DNA from: Rhodothermales bacterium
GTDB taxonomy: Bacteria; Bacteroidota; Rhodothermia; Rhodothermales; UBA10348
DNA length: 64,000 nt
NCBI GenBank assembly: GCA_040221055.1
Contig: JAVJVN010000009.1
Location: 32,257 to 96,256 of the forward strand
Direction of reading: 5' to 3'
Shown here: positions 18,465 to 25,776 of the stretch, piece by piece
Layout: each line of letters opens with the position of its first letter
How positions within the stretch are numbered: position 1 is the first letter of the stretch
Notes under the pieces: generated by a model
Seen by the model: the letters and a program-made list of their open reading frames with translations, nothing else
What the model was told of the DNA's origin: nothing
Database searches by the model: none
Program-made: the position numbers and the translations under genes

Positions 18465-18974
18465 ATGACGCTATTTGAACATCTGCCGGACGACTCGCAC
18501 TGCTGGTTGTACGCTGCAAGCCATTCATTGACGGAAGCGGAGGTCCGATCCCTGCTCACGGCACTGGAACCATTTCAGGATGCTTGGACGACCCATGGGC
18601 GACGGGTGCAATCCGGGGCAACCGTCGTGGACAACCGGTTGCTCGTGCTTGCGGCCCATGTACCGGATGGTGATATGTCCGGATGCGGTATCGACAAATC
18701 CTTGCACGCCCTCGATGCATTCGCTGCACAGGCAGGATTCTCATGGGTCTCCGGGCTGATGGTTGTCTACCGGACCCCATCCGGTGCACTCGAGACGGTT
18801 TCACGTGCCGCATTCGCCGATATGGCCGTCCGCGGAACCGTGGATGCCCAGACGCCTGTGGTTGACTTGTCGGTCCGGTCACTCGGTGATCTGCGCGAAC
18901 ATGGAGTCGAACGTTCAGCCGGGACCTCCTGGCATGCCAAATACATTGCCCAAGCCCACTCGGTGTCCTCATGA
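18465..18974 (+). CDS. Conserved hypothetical protein (about 169 aa)
   Basis: The ORF track starts at TTG 18450; the first ATG is 18465 (MTLFEHLPDD). WLYAASHSLTEAEV..FQDAWTTHGRRV...MSGCGIDKS. I only vaguely recall similar small Bacteroidota proteins and assign no function. The stop overlaps the next ATG (ATGA 18971-18974). Confidence 0.6.
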   Translation: MTLFEHLPDDSHCWLYAASHSLTEAEVRSLLTALEPFQDAWTTHGRRVQSGATVVDNRLLVLAAHVPDGDMSGCGIDKSLHALDAFAAQAGFSWVSGLMVVYRTPSGALETVSRAAFADMAVRGTVDAQTPVVDLSVRSLGDLREHGVERSAGTSWHAKYIAQAHSVSS

Positions 18975-19933
18975 ACCTCCGTCATTCCCTGACCATTGCC
19001 CTCCTGCTGGGTGCACTTTCCCTGGCAGGACCTGCGCGCGCCCAGTACTACATCAACCAGTCCGAACTGGCCGAAATCCTGACCGCGTGTTCGGACGATC
19101 TGGCTACACTTCCACGCGTGTCCTATGACTACCGTGTCCTTTACAATACGAGGGGCAACAACGTCCTCGCCCGTTCAACGTTCTACAAGATCATCGGTGA
19201 CGGGGATGTCCAGGAAGGCCAGAAACGCGCCAAATTGGTCGGTTTGTTGAACAGGCAGCTCGTGCACATGGCCCAGATCGGTGACACACTCATGGTGCCC
19301 GATCGGTTTGACCTGAATTTCTGCGCCTATTCCCCATTTCCCAGGTTCTACCCGGGCGGGGTTGCCTTCGACAAAGTGTTCGTCATTGACAAGACCATCC
19401 AGGGATGGGCAGCCTACGAAAGCGGTCGACTCGTGCGTTGGGGGATCGTGAATACCGGTGCCGAATCGTACCGCACTCCTACGGGACGCTTCAATTTCAA
19501 CTGGAAAACGGAGTACCGGATTTCATCCCTCAGTCCGCCGGGAGAGCCATGGGAAATGTATTGGGTCTTCAATTTCGTTGAAAGCCGTGGAATCCACATC
19601 CATCAATATCCCATGCCCACCGGAGGTCCAACCAGCCACGGATGCGTGCGCCTGGTGGATGACGACGCCAGATGGATTTACTCCTGGGCAGACCAGTGGA
19701 CTCTGTCGCGTTCAGGAACCGGCTACAAGACGGGTTTCGGGACGATATCCGAGCCCGGTACTACCGTGCTGGTGATCGGTGAAGATCCGCCAGGCAATCC
19801 GCAGCCCTTCCGAATGGTCAATGGAATGCCGGAACTCCAGATGGTCCAGCTGCCCAACCACCCCTTCGACGTACCTCCAGGCACTACACAGCAGGAGTAT
19901 TTCGACCGGGTACGGCGCACAACCGGCCCGTGA
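18971..19933 (+). CDS. L,D-transpeptidase (YkuD) domain protein, secreted
   Basis: 320 aa. Signal peptide MNLRHSLTIALLLGALSLAGPARAQ. Catalytic region GIHIHQYPMPTGGPTSHGCVRL (H...SHGCVR). Confidence 0.85.
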   Translation: MNLRHSLTIALLLGALSLAGPARAQYYINQSELAEILTACSDDLATLPRVSYDYRVLYNTRGNNVLARSTFYKIIGDGDVQEGQKRAKLVGLLNRQLVHMAQIGDTLMVPDRFDLNFCAYSPFPRFYPGGVAFDKVFVIDKTIQGWAAYESGRLVRWGIVNTGAESYRTPTGRFNFNWKTEYRISSLSPPGEPWEMYWVFNFVESRGIHIHQYPMPTGGPTSHGCVRLVDDDARWIYSWADQWTLSRSGTGYKTGFGTISEPGTTVLVIGEDPPGNPQPFRMVNGMPELQMVQLPNHPFDVPPGTTQQEYFDRVRRTTGP

Positions 19934-19939
19934 CACCGA

Positions 19940-21031
19940 TTATTTGATCGAAGAAAGGATCCGTGAGAATCGGGGCAATTTCGCGACTTTGTCCCAGGAG
20001 AAGTAGACCACCAGGGCTTTCCCGACCACGTGGTCCATGGGCACGAAGCCCCAGAAACGACTGTCCTCTGAGTTGTCCCTGTTGTCGCCCATGACGAAGA
20101 AGTAATCCTGTTCGAACGTGTACGTTTCGGCAGGACGTCCGTCAATGAGCCATGAATCCGAACCGGATTCCTCAAGGGTGTGGCCCTCGTACTTGGTCAT
20201 GACCAAGCCATACATCCGAACCGATTCAGCCGTAAGTGCTATGGTTTGTCCGGCGGCCGGAATGGTGACCGGGCCGTAATTGTCCGGCGTCCAACCCATT
20301 CCGGCGGGGTACATGTTGTTACTGTACACCTGGTTGGGTTCCACGATGGCCGGCTCGACCGACTCCACCCATGGAAGAGCCTCGATGGCATTGGCAGCAG
20401 CCTGTGTGGCCACGATCTGCACCACGCGCGGATCGGCAGTCCGGATGAGGTTCGAGACGCCCAGGTCGTCCAACGAGGCCGGGTTCAATTGGACACGGGG
20501 ATCGCTCTTGAAGACGTTCCAGTAGATCTGCATGCTCTCCATTCGAGGGTAGACCTGGTCGTTCACCAGGACTTCCTTGTCCGAGATCTGCAGCGTCTCG
20601 CCGGGCAACCCCACGACCCGTTTTATGTAGTGCATGCGGCGGTCAATGATCTCCACCTCGTCGTCGGGCCAGTTGAATACAATGGCATCCCCCCTGTCCA
20701 CGTCGGTAAATCCAGGCAGGCGCGTCCAAGGAAGCTCGACACCCGGCAACCAGATGCCGGTGAACGGAATACCCAGCGTCATGGGTGTCCGTGTCCCATA
20801 GTGGACCTTGGACACGAAGAGGTAATCTCCGACAAGGAGACTCTTTTCCATGGATGGGGTCGGAATCCGGAACAAGTCGAAGAAGAGTACCCGGAGCACG
20901 ACCATGACCACGATTGCAAAAACCATGGCGTCCAGCCATTCACGGATGGGGCCCTTCTTCCGGGGCGTGTCCTTACCGTCCGCTCTTTTGCTTCGCCGCT
21001 CCTGGCGGTCTTTGTTCCGGCTGTTTGCCAC
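19940..21031 (-). CDS. lepB: Signal peptidase I
   Basis: 363 aa. The track start is GTG (21031). FRIPTPSMEKSLLVGDYLFVSK (catalytic Ser box), YIKRVVGLPGE (Lys box), GDNRDNSEDSRFWGFVP. Confidence 0.9.
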   Translation of the reverse strand: MANSRNKDRQERRSKRADGKDTPRKKGPIREWLDAMVFAIVVMVVLRVLFFDLFRIPTPSMEKSLLVGDYLFVSKVHYGTRTPMTLGIPFTGIWLPGVELPWTRLPGFTDVDRGDAIVFNWPDDEVEIIDRRMHYIKRVVGLPGETLQISDKEVLVNDQVYPRMESMQIYWNVFKSDPRVQLNPASLDDLGVSNLIRTADPRVVQIVATQAAANAIEALPWVESVEPAIVEPNQVYSNNMYPAGMGWTPDNYGPVTIPAAGQTIALTAESVRMYGLVMTKYEGHTLEESGSDSWLIDGRPAETYTFEQDYFFVMGDNRDNSEDSRFWGFVPMDHVVGKALVVYFSWDKVAKLPRFSRILSSIK

Positions 21032-21040
21032 GGTGTATAA

Positions 21041-21859
21041 TCAGTTTTCGTCCCTCAGGAAGGGAATGATGGAAGGGCGCCCCAACTCCAGATCCGGTCG
21101 GGCAATACGCCTGTCGAAGAACAATGCTCCATCATATCCGGTGATGTACCACGTCCGCTGCTGGACATTGAAATAATAGTCCGCGAAGGGTGTACGGTCC
21201 GCATCTCCCAGGAGTTGCCAGAGGAAGGCATCCTTCAGATCACGAAGCTGTTCCCGATAGTCCTCGTGCGCCGCGACGACCAGACCACGATCCCATGGAC
21301 CGTTCGGGTCCATGACCATGACCGGAATGGAATCATTCAGCATGAACCAGTATTCGAACTGGATGATTTCATCGTTGGTGAGTTCATCGAAGGCATCGGT
21401 TTCGGCCAGCGTGAAGGTTGGTGGACCAAAAACGGTTTCCATCCGAGCCCGGATTTCACGCGTCTGGAGCGTATCGAGCCCATCACGGGAATTTGAGCCG
21501 ACAAAGGCCCAAGGCGTGGCACGGAATGCATCCTCATACGTGGGTCGACGCAAACGCTCAACCCATTTCCAATGCGTGATCTCGATGGTCGCCGGAGTGA
21601 CGTCGGGCTCCGGGAGCGGCTCCTTCAATGATTCCAGATACCGGAGCAGCGAATCGGAAGCAGACGGGACCGGCATGACGGGGAACAGTCCGACCCGCCC
21701 ATCGGTGCGCATGGCCTCGAGACGGGCCAGCGCGAGGGTCCGGTTCCGGACGTAGATACTCAACAGTTCCGACGTGCTCTCCCGCTGGGCAGAAACGCTT
21801 ACTGGCCACAGCCACAGCACGCACAACAACGCACAGCCGGTTTGGAGAAACTTATTCAT
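21041..21859 (-). CDS. Hypothetical secreted protein between lepA and lepB
   Basis: 272 aa, ATG 21859, overlapping the lepA stop by 8 nt. Signal peptide [25 protein letters not shown]. No family recognised. Confidence 0.65.
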   Translation of the reverse strand: MNKFLQTGCALLCVLWLWPVSVSAQRESTSELLSIYVRNRTLALARLEAMRTDGRVGLFPVMPVPSASDSLLRYLESLKEPLPEPDVTPATIEITHWKWVERLRRPTYEDAFRATPWAFVGSNSRDGLDTLQTREIRARMETVFGPPTFTLAETDAFDELTNDEIIQFEYWFMLNDSIPVMVMDPNGPWDRGLVVAAHEDYREQLRDLKDAFLWQLLGDADRTPFADYYFNVQQRTWYITGYDGALFFDRRIARPDLELGRPSIIPFLRDEN

Positions 21860-23657
21860 CCATTGACAGGACCGCCAGGAATGCCTCCTGCGGGACTTCC
21901 ACCCTCCCCACTTGCTTCATGCGCTTCTTTCCTTCCTTCTGCTTCTCCAGGAGTTTGCGCTTGCGGGAAATGTCCCCACCATAGCATTTAGCCGTAACGT
22001 CCTTGCGCATGGCCCGTACCGATTCACGGGCAATCACACGCGTACCAATGGAGGCCTGGAGAGCCACCTCGAACATCTGCTGGGGAATGAGGTCCTTCAG
22101 CTTCCGCGTCAGGCGGCGACCCATGTCGTAAGCTTTGTCCCGATGGACAATCGTGGACAAGGCATCGACAGGTTCGCCATTGATGAGCACATCCAGTTTC
22201 ACCAGCTGGCTCGCCCGGTAATCCAGGAATTCGTAATCCAGCGAGGCATAGCCACGACTGACGCTCTTGAGTTTGTCGTAGAAGTCAAATACGATCTCGG
22301 CGAGGGGCAGTCTGTACTCCAGGTTCACGCGCTCCGTGTCCAGGTACTGCGTATTCACGTAGTCCCCCCGGCGGTCCTGGCAAAGCTGCATGAGGGCACC
22401 GATGTATTCCGACGGTGTGATGATTTCAGCCTTCACGTACGGCTCATGGATTTCGTCGATGACACCCGTCGGAGGCATCTTGGAGGGATTATCCACCGTG
22501 GTCCACTCGCGATCCGTTTTAAGGACGCGATATTTCACGTTCGGCACCGTGGTTATAATGTCCAGACCGAATTCGCGGTCCAGACGCTCCTGGACGATTT
22601 CCATGTGCAAGAGCCCCAGGAAGCCAACCCGGAAACCGAATCCCAGAGCCACCGACGTCTCGGGTTCGAACGTCAGGGAAGCATCGTTCAACTGGAGTTT
22701 TTCCAATGAAGCCCGCAAATCCTCGAATTCGTCAGAATTCGTGGGGTAGACCCCGGAAAACACCATGGGCTTAACCTCACGGAACCCCTCAATGGGTCGG
22801 TCCGATCCGTTCTTTACCGTCGTGATGGTGTCCCCGACCCGCGCATCCTTGACATCCTTCACCGATCCGATGACATACCCTACTTCGCCGGCCCGGATCT
22901 GCTTGACCGGTTCCATTCCGAGCCGCAGGTATCCGATTTCCTCCGCGTCGTATTGTTTGTTCGTGGCCATGAATCGGATGGCTTCGCGCGTGTTCAGGGT
23001 GCCCTCGAATACCCGGGCATAGACGATCGATCCCCGATAGGTGTTGAACACGGAATCGAAGATCAGGGCACGCAGGGGGGCATCGGGACTGCCGGTGGGC
23101 GCCGGAACGCGCTGGACGATCTTTTCCAGTACCTCGTGTACACCTTCTCCGGTCTTTGCCGAGATCTTCAGAATCTCATCCGCGGGCTCCCCGATCAGAT
23201 TCTCTATGGACTTGGCAACCACGTCGGCATTGGATCCAGGAAGATCGACTTTGTTCAGGACCGGGATGATTTCCAGATTGGCCTCTATGGCCAGGTACAT
23301 ATTGGAAATGGTCTGGGCCTCAATGCCTTGAGCCGCGTCCACGACAAGGATGGCACCCTCGCACGCCTGCAAGGCGCGGGACACTTCGTAGGTGAAGTCC
23401 ACATGCCCCGGCGTATCGATCAGGTTCAGGACGTAGGTATGCCCGTCATCTGCCTTGTAGGTCATCCGGATCGCATGACTCTTGATGGTGATGCCACGCT
23501 CCCGTTCAAGATCCATGGAATCCAGCACCTGCTCCTGCAACTCCCGGCTGGACAGGGTCCCCGTCAGTTCCAACAAGCGGTCGGCCAACGTGCTTTTGCC
23601 GTGGTCGATATGGGCAATGATGCAGAAATTCCTGATTCTGCTCTGGTCGAACGCCAT
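21852..23657 (-). CDS. lepA: Elongation factor 4 (LepA)
   Basis: ORF track 21852..23729. The homologous N-terminus [28 protein letters not shown] starts at the internal ATG 23657. [14 protein letters not shown], and the C-terminal LepA domain ...[19 protein letters not shown]. Confidence 0.94.
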   Translation of the reverse strand: MAFDQSRIRNFCIIAHIDHGKSTLADRLLELTGTLSSRELQEQVLDSMDLERERGITIKSHAIRMTYKADDGHTYVLNLIDTPGHVDFTYEVSRALQACEGAILVVDAAQGIEAQTISNMYLAIEANLEIIPVLNKVDLPGSNADVVAKSIENLIGEPADEILKISAKTGEGVHEVLEKIVQRVPAPTGSPDAPLRALIFDSVFNTYRGSIVYARVFEGTLNTREAIRFMATNKQYDAEEIGYLRLGMEPVKQIRAGEVGYVIGSVKDVKDARVGDTITTVKNGSDRPIEGFREVKPMVFSGVYPTNSDEFEDLRASLEKLQLNDASLTFEPETSVALGFGFRVGFLGLLHMEIVQERLDREFGLDIITTVPNVKYRVLKTDREWTTVDNPSKMPPTGVIDEIHEPYVKAEIITPSEYIGALMQLCQDRRGDYVNTQYLDTERVNLEYRLPLAEIVFDFYDKLKSVSRGYASLDYEFLDYRASQLVKLDVLINGEPVDALSTIVHRDKAYDMGRRLTRKLKDLIPQQMFEVALQASIGTRVIARESVRAMRKDVTAKCYGGDISRKRKLLEKQKEGKKRMKQVGRVEVPQEAFLAVLSMDE

Positions 23658-23914
23658 GGGGAGAAGGGTAGAAGGATCATTTTCGGAAAGCCGTATTATA
23701 CGGCCCGCGAACTCTGGTTCCGGCGTCACGTACGCCCGTCAGGTATTCATATTCCAGGGCTGCAATTCGGCCATACTTGAAGTGTTACATTAAGTGGATC
23801 GTGCCAAATAGACCCCATCTTTTTTTCAGGTCTTCTTCGCAAGTATCTCTCAAGAGGATACATCCGGTACACCCATGTCATTGTCCCCCTACATGTTATT
23901 CACTTTGTGTTACT

Positions 23915-23972
23915 CCTGATTATCAGGCACTTGTCTCAAACCGGGCGGATTGGGTAGTCCCCATCCGCCCGG
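23915..23972. promoter_or_regulatory. Two palindromes in the lepA / ECF-sigma divergent spacer
   Basis: CCTGAT-t-ATCAGG at 23915-23927. CCGGGCGGAT (23941-23950) and ATCCGCCCGG (23963-23972) form a perfect 10-bp stem with a 12-nt loop, 32 nt upstream of the sigma ATG (24004). No T-run follows. The role is unknown (5'-UTR structure or operator). Confidence 0.25.
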
Positions 23973-24003
23973 TGTATTAAGAACTGACTGAAGGTAGCAG
24001 CGC

Positions 24004-24567
24004 ATGCGCTCTGAAACGGAGGAACAGTTTCTGGCCTGGGGTCACGGTCTTCGAAATGGTGATGGAGAATCCTTCCGGGATCTGTTTGATGGGACGTACG
24101 ATGCCCTGTACCGCTATGCGGTCTATATCACGCGCGATCAAGCAGCCGCCTCGGATATCCTCCAAGATGTCTTTTTGAAGCTGTGGCAGGTCCGGGAAAC
24201 GGTCGATCCGGAACGGTCGCTCCGGGCTCTGATGTATCAGATGGTCCGGAACTACTCCTTCAATCATGAACGACAGCGAAAACGTCATGCATCCGATCCG
24301 TTGGATGCCGATCACCCGTCTGTCGGCTTTGACAATCTGAATGATGAACAGCTCGATGCTGACGATCTGAGCGCTCGTATCCACGAATGGATTTCCGAGT
24401 TGCCGGATCGTCGCCGCGAGGCCTTCATGCTCAGCCGGTTCGAAGGGTTGAGCCACGAAGAAATCGCCCAGTTGATGGACCTGGCTCCCAAGACCGTCAA
24501 CAACCACATCGTGCTGGCTCTTCAACACTTGCGCGACAAAGTAAAAGCGTACCGTACTACATCGTAG
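24004..24567 (+). CDS. ECF-type RNA polymerase sigma-70 factor
   Basis: 187 aa. Region 2: LYRYAVYITRDQAAASDILQDVFLKLW. Region 4: LPDRRREAFMLSRFEGLSHEEIAQLMDLAPKTVNNHIVLALQHLR. Confidence 0.9.
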   Translation: MRSETEEQFLAWGHGLRNGDGESFRDLFDGTYDALYRYAVYITRDQAAASDILQDVFLKLWQVRETVDPERSLRALMYQMVRNYSFNHERQRKRHASDPLDADHPSVGFDNLNDEQLDADDLSARIHEWISELPDRRREAFMLSRFEGLSHEEIAQLMDLAPKTVNNHIVLALQHLRDKVKAYRTTS

Positions 24568-24584
24568 CCTCGCTGCTGCAAATC

Positions 24585-25559
24585 ATGAAGCACCTCCACC
24601 CTCCATATGACCTTCCAGAAGAGATCCTCGATCTCCTCAGGATCGACAATCCCGGTATAATCCCGGAGATTGCCGACGTGTGGCACATGGTCGGAACGGA
24701 CGCACCCGTTGCAGACAGTTCCCGGAAGGAGCGTGTACGAGCGCAGGTCCTGGCCTCCATCCAGGCTTCATCCTCCCCTGCCCCTCCCCCGGTACTTCGG
24801 AGACGATCAGAACGCTCTCCCCTGCGATTGGCCTTTTCGCGGATGTCGTTGCAGGCTACCGCACATTCGGTCGTCGCGGCCTGCCTGGCGCTTCTGGTTG
24901 TTGCCAGCTTCGTCATGTCTCCTGATATCGTGACCGTTCGGGTTCCATCCGGTACGCTGGTTTCCCAGGTAACGCTTCCCGACGGGTCCATTGCGTCGCT
25001 CTCCGCCGGTAGCTTACTCTCCTTCCCGGAATCCTTTGACAGCACCACACGACGCGTGACGTTGCATGGGGCGGCATTCCTGGATGTCGAGCCATCCAGC
25101 GTTCCCTTCGAGGTGGTCACGTTCGATGCCGTGACCCGTGTGCTCGGAACGTCGTTCTCCGTCGAGGCATGGCCATCCAATATCGAGGCCGCATCCCGTG
25201 TTGTTGTGGCCACGGGCAAGGTGGAAGTGCGTTCACGGGAACAGGCATCGATCCTGACCCCCGGACAGGCGCTCCGCATATCGTCGAACACGATAGAAAC
25301 GGACGTGAATGTGCCTCTGGTGACCTCATGGCGCACCGGTGGTCTGTCCTATTCCAATGAGCTCGTCGGCAACGTCCTGGCTGATCTTGAGCGTCGCTAC
25401 GCCATCCAACTCGAAGCACCGGCATCCATCCGTCTGCGGAGGATTTCCATCCAGAAACGTCAGGCATCGGATGTCGCGGAAGTGATTGGTGACATTTCTG
25501 CCACCGTCGGTATACGCTACCGCGCCATCCAGGGCGGATACGAGCTGTATCTTCAGTAA
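24585..25559 (+). CDS. FecR family anti-sigma factor / transmembrane sensor
   Basis: The ORF track starts inside the sigma gene (24387). I use ATG 24585 (MKHLHPPYDL), 18 nt after the sigma stop. Single TM helix VVAACLALLVVASFVM. FecR domain VTLPDGSIASLSAGSLLSF...VTLHGAAFLDV...PFEVVTFDAVTRVLGTSFSV. Confidence 0.85.
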   Translation: MKHLHPPYDLPEEILDLLRIDNPGIIPEIADVWHMVGTDAPVADSSRKERVRAQVLASIQASSSPAPPPVLRRRSERSPLRLAFSRMSLQATAHSVVAACLALLVVASFVMSPDIVTVRVPSGTLVSQVTLPDGSIASLSAGSLLSFPESFDSTTRRVTLHGAAFLDVEPSSVPFEVVTFDAVTRVLGTSFSVEAWPSNIEAASRVVVATGKVEVRSREQASILTPGQALRISSNTIETDVNVPLVTSWRTGGLSYSNELVGNVLADLERRYAIQLEAPASIRLRRISIQKRQASDVAEVIGDISATVGIRYRAIQGGYELYLQ

Positions 25560-25776
25560 GCCGGCCAGGCTTGGTCGCCCATTGGCTACCCCCAGTCAAC
25601 GTGTCAGGGTCTGATCACACTGCGTGACCAGGCCTTTCTTTTTGGCCCACAGAGTTTCCGGCCGGAATGTATATTGATGGGACCCAGGACAACGTCGTTT
25701 TCCCGCTCCCGTTTTCTTCCGCAAGCTTCTGCGGCCCATGCCGCCACGTCAATCGATAGGCCTGACTGCAACCGGC

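Noticed and set aside
20180-21040. 286-aa plus-strand ORF
   Set aside because: It is antisense to lepB, which carries the Ser/Lys catalytic boxes.
23777-23980. 67-aa ORF in the lepA/sigma spacer
   Set aside because: It is Cys/Pro/His-rich, has no start context or homologue pattern, and lies in an AT-rich promoter region. More likely non-coding.
25560-25776. Search for an ECF-type promoter (GGAAT ... CGTC) between fecR and the receptor gene
   Set aside because: GGAAT and CGTC strings are present but separated by about 24 nt, whereas ECF promoters need about 16-17 nt. No acceptable pair was found, so nothing is reported.
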